Assembly (NCBI GenBank): GCA_046292385.1
Contig: JBKBRF010000013.1
Span: 80,663 to 144,662, forward strand
Direction of reading: 5' to 3'
DNA length: 64,000 nucleotides
Origin: Armatimonadota bacterium
GTDB taxonomy: Bacteria > Armatimonadota > SYMT01
Within the stretch, counting starts at the first letter, position 1. Each line of letters starts with the position of its first letter. Shown here one piece after another: positions 27,341-37,067 of this stretch. The position numbers were made by a program, and so were the translations under genes. The notes under the pieces were generated by a model that did not search any database, was not told the origin of the DNA, and worked only from the letters and a program-made list of their open reading frames with translations.

Positions 27341-28375
27341 ATGCTGGAGCGATACCTGTCTGGAAGCGAGGCGGAAAGCACCGCCAGCGGGCGAGGGGCG
27401 CCGCGAGTAACGGCGCGGCTCTGCCGGCCGGGCTCCGACCGCTGCGAGCAGATCCCGCCGGAACGGATCAGCGAGCTGCTCCAGCAGCCTGGAGCGCTGC
27501 TCTGGGTCGACGTGGCCTACCCCACCGCGGCGGAGCTGGAGATGCTCCGCGGAGAGTTCGGCTTCCACCGCCTGGCGCTGGAAGATATCTCGCGGCAGCG
27601 GCAGCGGCCGAAGGTGGACGAGTACCCCAGTTACTTCTTCGTGGTGATGCACGCGCCGCTGCCTGCGAACGGCGGGCTCAAGCTGGAGATGGCGGAGCTG
27701 GACGTCTTCGTCGGCGGCAACTACGTGGTCACCTCCCGCCACTGCGAGATCCCGGCGCTCGACGACGCCATCCAGCGCTGGGAGCGCACGGAGCCGGAGC
27801 TGCGGGGGCACGTCGGCTTCCTGCTCCACGTGATTGCGGACTCGGTGATCGACGCCTACTTCCCGATCGTCGACTCGATCGAAGACCGCCTCGACCGGAT
27901 CGAATTTGCGATGTTCAGCCTCGACCCGACCTACAACCCGGAGGAGCTGCTGGGGGTGAAGCGGGCGCTCTACACGCTGCGGAAGGCGATCTACCCCTTG
28001 CGGGAGGTCTTCAACGTCTTCCTGCGGCGGGACCAGATGATCTTCAGCGCGGAGACCTATCCGTACTTCCAGGACGTCTACGACCACGTGCTGCGCCTGC
28101 TCGACCTGATCGACATCGAGCGAGACATGGCGACCGGCGCCCTCGAGTCGCAGATCAGCGTCGCCTCCCACCGGCTGAACGAGACGATGAAGCGGCTGAC
28201 GGTGGTCGCCGTCTGTGTGGCGGTGATGGGCGCCGTCTTCGGCGCGTGGGGCATGAACTTCACCGCCGTGCCGCTCGCGCACGAAGGGCTGGCCGGATTC
28301 GCAATCGTCACCGGCGGTACCTTCGCCCTGGTCGGCCTCGTCCTGGCGTGGGCGCGTCGCATTGGTCTCTGGTAA
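27341..28375 (+). CDS. corA: CorA family Mg2+/Co2+ transporter
   Basis: LWVDV, FHRLALED, QRPKVDEY, YFQDVYDH, NETMKRLT, GMN motif and two C-terminal TMs. Start codon uncertain. Confidence 0.92.
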   Translation: MLERYLSGSEAESTASGRGAPRVTARLCRPGSDRCEQIPPERISELLQQPGALLWVDVAYPTAAELEMLRGEFGFHRLALEDISRQRQRPKVDEYPSYFFVVMHAPLPANGGLKLEMAELDVFVGGNYVVTSRHCEIPALDDAIQRWERTEPELRGHVGFLLHVIADSVIDAYFPIVDSIEDRLDRIEFAMFSLDPTYNPEELLGVKRALYTLRKAIYPLREVFNVFLRRDQMIFSAETYPYFQDVYDHVLRLLDLIDIERDMATGALESQISVASHRLNETMKRLTVVAVCVAVMGAVFGAWGMNFTAVPLAHEGLAGFAIVTGGTFALVGLVLAWARRIGLW

Positions 28376-28441
28376 CCGGCGGGAGCCGATCCGCAGATCC
28401 AGGGTCTATCTCCACAGAGAATTTCGGCAGCGGAGGCAAGT

Positions 28442-28828
28442 ATGCGAAGGTGGCTCGGGTTGATCGGGGTGTTGGCGACCGTGGCGGCGCTTCCGGCGCC
28501 GGCGGCGGACCTGGGGCCGGGGACGGTGGTCGGCAAGGTGACGGAGGTCTCGTCTTCCTCTTCCGGCCGCAAGATCTGGGTCACGGCGGGTAAGGAGAGG
28601 TGGACCCTCCACCTGAGCCGCACCAACAAGGTCTTTCACGCCGGCCGCCGTTACTCGCTGCACGACGTGGACGAAGGGATGTACGTCAAGGCGCGAGGAA
28701 AGCGGATCGGAGAGCGGCGGCTGGAGGTGGAGCGGCTCGACGTAGCGGGCGATCGCGCCGCCTTCCGCAAGGCGCAGTGCTACCGGCCCTCCGCGCCGGA
28801 AGGCTACTTCGTGCCGCGGCACTTCTGA
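28442..28828 (+). CDS. Small secreted OB-fold-like (DUF5666-like) protein
   Basis: GGAGG RBS, signal peptide, GKVTEV...DVDEGMYVKARG...LEVERLDV pattern. Confidence 0.6.
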   Translation: MRRWLGLIGVLATVAALPAPAADLGPGTVVGKVTEVSSSSSGRKIWVTAGKERWTLHLSRTNKVFHAGRRYSLHDVDEGMYVKARGKRIGERRLEVERLDVAGDRAAFRKAQCYRPSAPEGYFVPRHF

Positions 28829-29059
28829 GGCCGTCCGTGGGACAGCAGGGCAGAGAGACCCGGCATGCGGACGTGACCCCTCGGAGCGCCGTTCAGGGTG
28901 CTTTAGAGTTGAGACAGCCGGGTCCTTCAGGGCCCGGAGTCCGAACCGGTAACCACCCGCCGCTCTGATCGCCAGGACGTGCCGGAGCCCGGAGGTCGCC
29001 AGCGAGCAGGAGCAGGAGTAAGAGCAGGAGCAGGACCTCCCGCTAACGGACGGTTCGGA

Positions 29060-29104
29060 CTTTAGCCTTTAGCCTTTAGCCTTTAGCCTTTAGCCTTTAG
29101 CCTT
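29060..29104. repeat. Perfect heptanucleotide tandem repeat (CTTTAGC)6
   Basis: Six exact units plus CTT, directly before the AGGAGG RBS of the DUF72 gene. Confidence 0.95.
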
Positions 29105-29123
29105 CAAAGGAGGCTTCCGGTCG

Positions 29124-29933
29124 ATGAGTGCGTTTCTGCAAGTGCTTTGCGGCACCTCGAGCTGGACTTCGCCCTCGTGGGTGGGGCCGTTCTACCCGGC
29201 GGGGACCGCTTCCAGCGACTTCCTGCCCCACTACTCCGCGCGCTTTCGCACGGTGGAGATCGACGCGACCTGGTACCGCTGTCCCACGGCGAAGACGGTC
29301 GACGGCTGGGCGGAGAAGACGCCGGACGACTTCGTCTTCGCCGCCAAGGTGCCGCGCTCGATCACCCACGAGCAGGTGCTGCTCGACTGCGAGGGGGAGC
29401 TGGAGGAGTTCGTCGGGGTGATGCGGCGGCTCGGACCGAAGCTGGGGCCGCTCCTGCTGCAGTTTCCCTACTTCAACCAGCAGACGTTCCCCGGCGTGGA
29501 GCCCTTCCTGGCCCGGCTCCGCCCGTTCCTGAAGCGGCTTCCGGAAGACGTCCGGTTCGCCGTGGAGATCCGCAACAAGCCATGGCTGGGGACGCGCCTC
29601 TTCGACACGCTGCAGGCGGCCGGCGTCGCCCTCGCCTGGATCGATCATCCCTGGATGCCGACTGCCCGATACTACGCCCGCGGCGCGGGGCTCACGACCG
29701 ACTTCGCCTACGTACGCTGGCTGGGTGACCGGCACGGCATCGAGCGTGTCACCACGAGCTGGGACCGCCTGGTCTACGACCGCACTCGCCAGCTCGAGCT
29801 CTGGGCGGATACGACCCGCCGCGCTCTCGGTCGCGTGGCGAAGGTCTACGCCTACGCCAACAACCACTACGCCGGCTGCGGCTACCAGACCGCGGAGCAG
29901 TTCCAGCGCTTTTTCTCCCCTCCGGAGGACTGA
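29124..29933 (+). CDS. DUF72 domain protein
   Basis: GTSSW...W.GPFYP, TVEIDATWY, FAAKVPRSITH, LLQFP, AVEIRN, YVRWLG, YANNHYAG. Confidence 0.92.
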   Translation: MSAFLQVLCGTSSWTSPSWVGPFYPAGTASSDFLPHYSARFRTVEIDATWYRCPTAKTVDGWAEKTPDDFVFAAKVPRSITHEQVLLDCEGELEEFVGVMRRLGPKLGPLLLQFPYFNQQTFPGVEPFLARLRPFLKRLPEDVRFAVEIRNKPWLGTRLFDTLQAAGVALAWIDHPWMPTARYYARGAGLTTDFAYVRWLGDRHGIERVTTSWDRLVYDRTRQLELWADTTRRALGRVAKVYAYANNHYAGCGYQTAEQFQRFFSPPED

Positions 29934-30012
29934 CCGCGCCGGCCGTAGCAGCCCGAAAAAATCTTAGTTACGTTTTGTCCTCGTGCGACGTCATGTCTTC
30001 ATAGGAAGACAG

Positions 30013-30432
30013 ATGGAGCACGGGATGAGACGAGCCTCGCTGGGAGAACAGGAGCTGGCGGTCCTCCGCTACATTGCGGAGCACGCGCCGGTTGCCGCGC
30101 GGGACGTGGTGGAGAAGTTCGCGGGAGAGCAGGAGCTGTCGCGCAGCACGATCCTTACCAAGATCGAGCGGCTCCTGAAGAAGGGATACCTCACCCGCCG
30201 CCGGCGCGGGGGGATCTTCTACTACTCGCCGCGGGTGGCCCAGTCGGAGGTGGTCGGCAGCCTGGTGCGCGACTTCGTGGAGAAGACGCTCGGCGGCTCC
30301 GTCTCCCCGATGGTCGCCTACCTGCTGAACACCCGGTCCCTCTCGCCGGAGGACGCGGCAGTGCTGCAGCGGCTGGCGGCGGAGCTGGACGACTCCGCGG
30401 CTCCCGAGGACGAGGAGGCCGCGGATGCCTGA
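30013..30432 (+). CDS. BlaI/MecI/CopY family transcriptional repressor
   Basis: LGEQELAVL, STILTKIERLLKKGYL, FVEKTLGGSVSPMVAYL. Overlaps the M56 gene. Start is 30013 or 30025. Confidence 0.9.
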   Translation: MEHGMRRASLGEQELAVLRYIAEHAPVAARDVVEKFAGEQELSRSTILTKIERLLKKGYLTRRRRGGIFYYSPRVAQSEVVGSLVRDFVEKTLGGSVSPMVAYLLNTRSLSPEDAAVLQRLAAELDDSAAPEDEEAADA

Positions 30433-32416
30433 GACTTTCGAAGCGCTCGCCGGCGCCTGGTCCGCGGCGATGCTCCGGGTGCTCGGCGAGGGCGCGCTGG
30501 TGCTCGGCGGCGCGTGGGCGCTTTCCCTCGCGCTGCGGCAGCTTCCTTCCGCCGCGCGGAGCTGGCTCTGGCGCGCGGCCTACCTGCGGCTGCTCCTGGC
30601 GGCGCTCTGCCTGCCGCCCCTGCTGCTGCCAATCCTGCCGGCGCCGGATCCCGAGCCGCCGGTCGCCGTCCCCGCGGTGCGGCTCCCAGAGTCGGCCGCC
30701 GCGCCTCCGCCGGTCCGGCCGCACTCGATCCCTCCCGCAGCCGACGCGGCCGAGACGATCGGCAGTGCCCCCTCGCCGAAGCCGCTCCCCGTGGCGACCT
30801 GGCTCTTCGCCGCCTGGCTGGCAGGCGTCTGCTGGTGTGCCCTGCGGCTGTGGGGCGACTGGGTGCAGGCACGTCGCCTGGCGCGGAGCAGCCGGCCGGC
30901 CGGCGACGCGGTGACGCGGATCTGGGCGGAGCTCTGCGCGCGGAACGGGGTCGGCAGCGCTCCCCCGGTGCGCGAGGTGCCCGGGCTCCCGAGCCCGCTG
31001 CTCCTCCACGGCCTGCGCCCGGTGGTGCTGGTCCCCGCCGGGCTGGCCGCGGAGTGGCCGGAGGGAGAGATCCGCCTGATGCTGGCGCACGAGCTGGCGC
31101 ACCTGCGGCGGCGCGACCTCTGGTGGAGCTGGCTCCCGGCCGCGGCCCACTGCCTGTTCTACTTCCATCCCATCCTGTGGCTCGCCAACCGCGAGTGGCG
31201 GCTCGCCCAGGAGATCGCCTGCGACGAGCTGGCCCTGCAGATGACTTCCAGTCCCGCGGCTCCGTACGGCGCCATGCTCGTGAAGCTGGCGCTCCGGCCC
31301 ACCTCCTCCCGGAGGCTCGGGCTGGCCGCGGTGGATGCCGATTCCCCCAAGACGCTTGAAAGGAGACTGATTGCAATGCGTAGGATGAACTCGACCGGCA
31401 AGCGCCGGCTGCTCCTCTCCGCCGGCCTGGCGGCGCTGGCCGGCACGGCAATCCTGCTGCCGATCCGCGTGACCGCCCAGACCCCCGCGGAGCCGGGCGA
31501 GCCGGCCGAGCCGACCGTTACCGTGAGGGCGGTCCCGGCTCCGGAGGCTCCGGAGAAATCCCCGGCGGCGCCCCGCCGGTCAGAGAGTGACGACGAGTCG
31601 TTCGAGCGCCGGCAGCAGCGGCTCCAGGAGATCCGCGACGAGCTGGAGCGCCGGATGCGGGATCGCCAGCGGGAGAGCGCCGCCGCCGCGGGCCGCGCGG
31701 AAAATGCCCGGCGGGCGGCGGAGCGGCTGCGCGCGGCGCATGGCGATCACGCGGGCCATCCGGGGCATCCCGACCCGGAGCGCGCGCGGGAGCTCCGCGA
31801 GGCGGCCGAGGCGGTGCGCCGGCAGGCGCTGGAAGCGCTGGAGCGGGCCCAGGCGGAGACGGAGCGGCTCTTCCGCGACGGTCAGCTCCGCGAGTCGCAC
31901 TCCGAAGCGCTGAAGCGGGCGCGGGAGCAGGTGGAGCGCTCGCTGCGGGAGCCCAGGGGCGAGGGAGGGGAGCGGTTCGTGGTGCCGCCGTTCCCGAAGG
32001 AAGAAGTGGAGCGAGCGCTCCGCGAGGCGGAAGTCCACTCCTCCCGCGCGCTGGAGCACGCCCGCCGGGCGCTCACCGAGGCGCAGCGGACGCTGCCGGA
32101 GAAGCTCAAGGAGCTGGGCCCCGACCAGCGAAAGCAGCTTCACGAGGAGCTGGAGCGCGAGCTGAAGCGCCTTCCGCAGGAGCTCGAACGGGCGATGGCG
32201 GAGGTGCGGTCCCAGCTCCAGCGGGAGCGCGGCAGCCTCGCCGTCCCGCCGCGCCCCGAGCGCCCCGAGCGTCCGGTCCGGCCCGCGCGACCTCCGCGCC
32301 CCGAGGGCTCTGAGCTCCGCGAGTCGAGCCGCGCCGAGCTGGAGGCGCGAATCCGCGCGCTGGAAGAGCAGATCCGCGCCCTCCGCAGCGAGCTGGAAAA
32401 GCGTCCGAACCGGTAG
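30425..32416 (+). CDS. M56 (BlaR1-like) metallopeptidase sensor with charged coiled-coil C-terminus
   Basis: TM helices, LAHELAHLRRRD, FHPILW, EIACD, LERRL. E/R-rich helical tail. Confidence 0.9.
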   Translation: MPETFEALAGAWSAAMLRVLGEGALVLGGAWALSLALRQLPSAARSWLWRAAYLRLLLAALCLPPLLLPILPAPDPEPPVAVPAVRLPESAAAPPPVRPHSIPPAADAAETIGSAPSPKPLPVATWLFAAWLAGVCWCALRLWGDWVQARRLARSSRPAGDAVTRIWAELCARNGVGSAPPVREVPGLPSPLLLHGLRPVVLVPAGLAAEWPEGEIRLMLAHELAHLRRRDLWWSWLPAAAHCLFYFHPILWLANREWRLAQEIACDELALQMTSSPAAPYGAMLVKLALRPTSSRRLGLAAVDADSPKTLERRLIAMRRMNSTGKRRLLLSAGLAALAGTAILLPIRVTAQTPAEPGEPAEPTVTVRAVPAPEAPEKSPAAPRRSESDDESFERRQQRLQEIRDELERRMRDRQRESAAAAGRAENARRAAERLRAAHGDHAGHPGHPDPERARELREAAEAVRRQALEALERAQAETERLFRDGQLRESHSEALKRAREQVERSLREPRGEGGERFVVPPFPKEEVERALREAEVHSSRALEHARRALTEAQRTLPEKLKELGPDQRKQLHEELERELKRLPQELERAMAEVRSQLQRERGSLAVPPRPERPERPVRPARPPRPEGSELRESSRAELEARIRALEEQIRALRSELEKRPNR

Positions 32417-32654
32417 GGGGTTTAACTCACCACAGAGCGCACCGAGGGCACAGAGAGGAACCCGAACCAGACTTGAACCCCCAAGACGCCAAGAACGCAA
32501 AGAGGAACCGGAAGATCCCGACACCGGGGTCGCTGTACGGGACTCGAGACGCGCAGCAGGCCTATTCCTCTTGGCGAGCTTGGCGTTCTTGGCGGTGAAT
32601 CAGGTTCGGGTTCTCTCCGCGCTCTCTGCGTCTCTGCGGTGAATCCGGTTCGGA
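32404..32654. repeat. Nested long-hairpin element (CACAGAGNN / GCCAAGANN 9-mer arms), copy A
   Basis: TCCGAACCGG/CCGGTTCGGA outer IR, TCACCACAGAG.../...CTCTGCGGTGA arms, CCAAGACGCCAAG/CTTGGCGTTCTTGG inner arms. Confidence 0.8.
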
Positions 32655-32663
32655 AACCTCGCG

Positions 32664-34355
32664 CTACTCCGCCAGGCGGAGGGACGCGCGCACTACGCCC
32701 GCGCGGTCGTGGCGGGCGGTGAGCTGCAGGACGGTGCCGGCGGGGGCGCGGACCACCCACTCGAACCTGGCGCGGTCGTGGGTGGGGTCGGCATTCCAGC
32801 CGAACGCGCCCACCGGCTTGTACGCGCGGCCCTCGAGCTGCGGCCCCTCCTCGCGGCGTTGGCCGGTCACCAGCTCCGCGCCTTCCGGCAGCTCGATTTC
32901 CGCCACCACGCCGCGGGTGATCTTCCGCTCCAGCGCCTTCTTGGTGACGTAAGAGGGCAGCCAGCCGGTGTTGTGGACCACCAGCCGCACTCGGTAGGTG
33001 TCGTCCCCCAGCGGCTGCGCGTCCGCCTGGAACAGCTCCAGCCGCGGCGAGATGAGCGCGTGCCAGACCAGCCACTCCGCGTGCGGCTTCACCTCCGCCT
33101 CCAGGTACTCCGGCGGCGGGTTGCGGAAGGCGTAGATCGGGTCCCAGCCGCCGATCTCCACCGGTCCGAGCTGCGGGTGGTCGAACGGCCGCCAGCTCTC
33201 GAAGCCGCGTCCGCCCAGCTTCTCGTCGTTCCAGCGCAGCATGGCGAGGTCGTCTTCCACCGGGTGCTCGCGGAACCAGTCGATCGGCTTCGGCGCGTCG
33301 ATCCCGGCCTGTCGCGGGGGCGACCAGAGCTCCGTCGTCCAGCCGAAGATGCCGAGGTGGTCGTAGAGCCAGTCGTCGAAGACGCCGGTGATCACTTCCT
33401 TCGGGTGGTACTTGAAGTCGGCGAAGACGTTCAGCACCGGGTAGCCGGTGAGCTCCGTCCCCTTGGCGCCGATCTTCTGGTAGGTCCAGAGGTCTTCCGC
33501 CGGAAAAGCGTCGTCCGACTCGGTGCCGTACGGGCGCAGCAGCACGCCGGAATAGGTGTGGAAGGTGACCCCGCCGGTGATGTTCGGGTGCGAGGTGATG
33601 AAGGCGACGACCGCCCGCACCTCCGGCTCCGAAGTGGGGAACGGCCCCGCCCCGAACTGCTCGTGCTCCTGCCGCCAGTGCGCGGGGAAGTTGCGGTTCA
33701 GGTCGAGCCCTTCCTTGATCCGCTGCAGCTCGATGGTGACGCCGTCGTACCCCTCCAGCACCCCTTCCGGCAGGATCCGGTAGTACTCCCCGCCGGTCTC
33801 CGCCGGCTCCCGCCGGACCATCAGCCGCGGCTCCTCCGGGTGGATCTTCCACGCCCCGTTCGGATCCGGGAGGCGCATGGAGAGGACGCGCCCGTCTCCG
33901 TCGACGTCTTCCCGCCGCAGGCCGCCGAGCGGCTCCTCATCCCAAGGATAGGGGCGGGTGGAGCTGCGGATGTAGCGGGGCCGGTCGCAGAGGAACAGCT
34001 CCGCGCCGTCCGGGTTGACGCGCGGGCAGACGTAGAAGACGCGCGTGTCCAGCACCCGCGTCACCTCCGCGCTCTCGCCGTCCTCCGCCAGCAGCTTGCG
34101 GATCAGCGTGAGGCAGGCGGTGGTGGGAGAGACCTCCGTCGCGTGGATGTTGCCGTCGACCCAGAACCCCGGCTTCTCCGCGTCCGGGCCGGTCTCGAAG
34201 CGGGTCACCACGGCGAGCAGGATGTCCCGCCCCTCGTGGCTCTTGCCGATCACCTCGAGCCGGAGCAGGTCCGGCCGCGCCGCGGCGAAGCCGTTCAGCA
34301 GCTCCACCAGCTCGGAGTAGGGCAGGTAGTGGTCGTAGGGAACGGTGGGAAGCAT
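32664..34355 (-). CDS. M14 zinc carboxypeptidase family protein
   Basis: IGKSHEGR, GNIHATE (HxxE), NPDG, DLNRNF, SEPEV, TFHTYSG. Start assigned to ATG 34355. Confidence 0.92.
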   Translation of the reverse strand: MLPTVPYDHYLPYSELVELLNGFAAARPDLLRLEVIGKSHEGRDILLAVVTRFETGPDAEKPGFWVDGNIHATEVSPTTACLTLIRKLLAEDGESAEVTRVLDTRVFYVCPRVNPDGAELFLCDRPRYIRSSTRPYPWDEEPLGGLRREDVDGDGRVLSMRLPDPNGAWKIHPEEPRLMVRREPAETGGEYYRILPEGVLEGYDGVTIELQRIKEGLDLNRNFPAHWRQEHEQFGAGPFPTSEPEVRAVVAFITSHPNITGGVTFHTYSGVLLRPYGTESDDAFPAEDLWTYQKIGAKGTELTGYPVLNVFADFKYHPKEVITGVFDDWLYDHLGIFGWTTELWSPPRQAGIDAPKPIDWFREHPVEDDLAMLRWNDEKLGGRGFESWRPFDHPQLGPVEIGGWDPIYAFRNPPPEYLEAEVKPHAEWLVWHALISPRLELFQADAQPLGDDTYRVRLVVHNTGWLPSYVTKKALERKITRGVVAEIELPEGAELVTGQRREEGPQLEGRAYKPVGAFGWNADPTHDRARFEWVVRAPAGTVLQLTARHDRAGVVRASLRLAE

Positions 34356-34361
34356 GTTACC

Positions 34362-34398
34362 TAGGGTCGAGGGGACAGGGTATAGGGGCCAGGGTCCC
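34362..34398. repeat. TAGGGNN heptamer tract upstream of the M14 start codon
   Basis: TAGGGTCGAGGGGACAGGGTATAGGGGCCAGGGTCCC, same family as 7554-7682. Confidence 0.65.
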
Positions 34399-34719
34399 CG
34401 GAGCAGAGTGCGCCATGCGTGGGCGGTATCTCCTGCTCTCACGCCGGCTTTCGCAGCGGTGAATTCCCGACTCCCTTGTACGGAAACTCCTACTCCCACT
34501 CGTCGGGCTACTCCTGCATGGAAAGAGCGTGGAACGCGGTCCGGCTCTCGCGACGGCCCTCGGAAAGCCGCGGGAGCCCGAAGCCGCCTACGGGGCTGTC
34601 CGGACAGTACTATTCGGGCACTTTCCGTGGCTGCACCGGGCTAAAGCTAGTATGCTATACCCGGGCCGCCGCGCGTGCGGGGGTCCGTCTTCTCCCTACC
34701 TATAGACCAGGAGCTTCAG

Positions 34720-35667
34720 GTGAAGCAGTTTTTCCCTGCTCCCAGCCAGAGGCGGCCCGCGCGGACGCTCGTCCTGCTCGGAATCGCCGGCCTCGGCTCC
34801 GCGCTGGTGGCCATGCCCCAGGCGGAGGCGCAGCGCGACGCCACGCGTCCGGGTGACGTGCGCGCGTACGCTTACCAGTTGGGGATCGGCGCGCAGGGCG
34901 CGCGGATCGTCGTGCAGTGGGACCGGCCGAGCCGCGTGCCCAGCAGCTATGTCCTCGGACACGTAATCCACCGCACCAGCGACCTCGGGATCACGGAGGT
35001 GGTGGGCGGCATCGACAGCGACTCCAGCCGCCGCTTCCTCGATACGGAAGCGACCCGCACCTTCCGGGCGTGGGACGGCGCGCCGAACGGCGAGGATGCC
35101 GGCTCGCGGACCGAGTTTACCGACGTCCCCGGCATCGTGCCCGGACAGCAGTACGTCTATCGAGTCTCCACCGCCTACATCAACGGCCTGCAGGACCGCG
35201 ACCTGGACGGGGTGCCGGACGACGCGCAGTACATGTCGCCGACTTCCATGCCCAGCCCGCGGGTGACCGCCCTGGCCCCGCCGACGGTCGCCGCCATCAA
35301 CGGCCTGCCCTCCGGCAGCCTGCCGAACGTCGACCTCCGCGCGGTGGAGGTGGAGTGGGCCCAGACGCCGGGCGCGGATACCTACGTGATCTGGGCCAGC
35401 GCCGACTCCCGGTTCAAGAAGAAGAACACGGTCAAGCTGAAGCCGGTGCGCTCCGTCCCCGTGGACCAGGGCGGCCCCAGCTCCATGACTCGCACGCTGA
35501 ACCTCCGCAGCGGCGTCGCCGGCCGCAAGCTCCGGAAGGCGAAGCGGATCTTCATCACGGTCGGCGCCCGCAACTCCGCGGACGCGATCAAGCCGAAGCC
35601 GTTCGGCGCCATCTTCAGCGCCCCGGTGCAGGTGCGGCCGGAAGCCGGTCCCCCACCGCCTCCGTAA
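34720..35667 (+). CDS. Secreted hypothetical protein (FN3-like modules, Pro-rich C-terminus)
   Basis: AGGAG RBS plus GTG, signal peptide, IVVQW..P, PGQQYVYRVS, VEWAQTPGADTYVI. Confidence 0.65.
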   Translation: MKQFFPAPSQRRPARTLVLLGIAGLGSALVAMPQAEAQRDATRPGDVRAYAYQLGIGAQGARIVVQWDRPSRVPSSYVLGHVIHRTSDLGITEVVGGIDSDSSRRFLDTEATRTFRAWDGAPNGEDAGSRTEFTDVPGIVPGQQYVYRVSTAYINGLQDRDLDGVPDDAQYMSPTSMPSPRVTALAPPTVAAINGLPSGSLPNVDLRAVEVEWAQTPGADTYVIWASADSRFKKKNTVKLKPVRSVPVDQGGPSSMTRTLNLRSGVAGRKLRKAKRIFITVGARNSADAIKPKPFGAIFSAPVQVRPEAGPPPPP

Positions 35668-35693
35668 GCCGCCGGTCCCGGCACTCACGCAAG

Positions 35694-35741
35694 ACGGGGC
35701 TGCGCTTCCGGTGGAACTCCCACCCGGGGGCGCAGCCCCGT
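35694..35741 (+). terminator. Putative terminator hairpin
   Basis: ACGGGGCTGCGC...GCGCAGCCCCGT 12-bp stem plus an inner GGTGG/CCACC stem, downstream of the stop at 35667. Confidence 0.5.
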
Positions 35742-35825
35742 TCCGCGTTGATGGTCACCTTTCTCTGGACGATGCATCCTTGTGGGATTCCTCTCGGTCG
35801 GCTAGACTGGCTCTCTTTCGCCCGC

Positions 35826-35854
35826 TTAGCAAAGGGGCGCCTCGCTACTATAAA
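35826..35854 (+). promoter_or_regulatory. Putative sigma70-type promoter of the MoxR/VWA operon
   Basis: TTAGCA-17 nt-TATAAA about 20 nt upstream of ATG 35874. Confidence 0.4.
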
Positions 35855-35873
35855 GGGCGGGAGAACACGGGAG

Positions 35874-36938
35874 ATGCACACGGTTACGCCGCGGGAGCTG
35901 AGTAAGCTCCTGCTGAACGTCGCGATGACGCGGCCGGTCTTTATCTGGGGGCCGCCGGGGATCGGAAAGTCGGCCCTGGTGGAGCAGTTTGCCCACGATG
36001 TGGGGCTCGATTGCGTCTCGCTGCTCGGCTCCCAACTCGCGCCGGAGGACCTGATCGGCGTCCCCCGCATCATCGAGGACCGCTCCGTCTTCTGCCCGCC
36101 GCGCATGATCGCGCGGGACGAGCCGTACCTGCTCTTCGTGGACGAGCTGAACGCGTGCTCGTTTGAAGTCCAGAAGGCGTTCTACAGCCTGATCAACGAC
36201 CGCCGTCTGGGCGAGTACCGGCTGCCGGCCGGATCCGTCGTGGCGGGCGCGGGGAACCGGGCCCAGGACCAGGCGATCGTGAAGCCGATGTCGTCCGCGC
36301 TGATGAACCGGATGCTCCACGTGGAGCTGAAGCCGAGCGCGCGGGAGTGGCTCGACTGGGCCTACCTGCAGGGGATCCACGAGTGGATCATCGCCTACGT
36401 GGAGACGCGGCCGGACCACCTCTACGTGCAGCCGCCGAAGACGGAGGAGACGTTCACCACTCCCCGCTCCTGGCACATCCTGAGCGACGCACTGCGGGCC
36501 TACGGGCCGCAGGTGAGCCTGGGAGAGCTGGAGATGCTCGCCTCCGGCTGCCTGAGCCCCAACCACGCGCGCAGCTTCCTGGCGTTCGTGAAGCAGCTCA
36601 ACGGGAGCCTGCGCGTCGACCTGATCCTGAAGGGGGAGCAGCCGCTGCCGCGCGCGGCGGAGGACCGGGACGTGCTCTACTTCGTGGTCCAGAGCGTGCG
36701 CGCGCAGCTCGCCAAGGAGCTGCCGCCGGAGCGCGAGGGGCTGAAGCCGCAGCACCGGACGCTGGTGCAGCAGGCGAAGCGGATCCTGATGGAGCTCTGC
36801 GAGATGAGCGTGGAGATGGCGACCGTGATGGTGGCCGAAGAGCAGGGGGAGAGCGCCCGCAACCTGCCGCCCTGGTTCCTGGTGGAGGTGGTGCGCGACC
36901 TGCCGCGCCTGGCGCAGTCGGTCGCCGTACGAAAGTAA
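35874..36938 (+). CDS. MoxR-like AAA+ ATPase
   Basis: Walker A WGPPGIGKS, Walker B LFVDELN, AGN, LMNR, TPRSW. Real start ATG 35874 lies inside ORF 34917-36938. Confidence 0.92.
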   Translation: MHTVTPRELSKLLLNVAMTRPVFIWGPPGIGKSALVEQFAHDVGLDCVSLLGSQLAPEDLIGVPRIIEDRSVFCPPRMIARDEPYLLFVDELNACSFEVQKAFYSLINDRRLGEYRLPAGSVVAGAGNRAQDQAIVKPMSSALMNRMLHVELKPSAREWLDWAYLQGIHEWIIAYVETRPDHLYVQPPKTEETFTTPRSWHILSDALRAYGPQVSLGELEMLASGCLSPNHARSFLAFVKQLNGSLRVDLILKGEQPLPRAAEDRDVLYFVVQSVRAQLAKELPPEREGLKPQHRTLVQQAKRILMELCEMSVEMATVMVAEEQGESARNLPPWFLVEVVRDLPRLAQSVAVRK

Positions 36939-36947
36939 GCCCTTCGT

Positions 36948-37059
36948 AGTTGGCAGGTTAATAGGTTAACAGGTTGCAGGTTACGCCCCCGGCTCCCGGC
37001 AACCCAACCTGGAACCTGGAACCTGCAGCCTGCAACCTGCCAACCTGCCAACCTGTAAC
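36948..37059. repeat. Inverted AGGTT / AACCT 7-8-mer arrays
   Basis: GGCAGGTTAATAGGTTAACAGGTTGCAGGTT ... AACCTGGAACCTGGAACCTGCAGCCTGCAACCTGCCAACCTGCCAACCTG. Confidence 0.75.
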
Positions 37060-37067
37060 AGAGAGCT

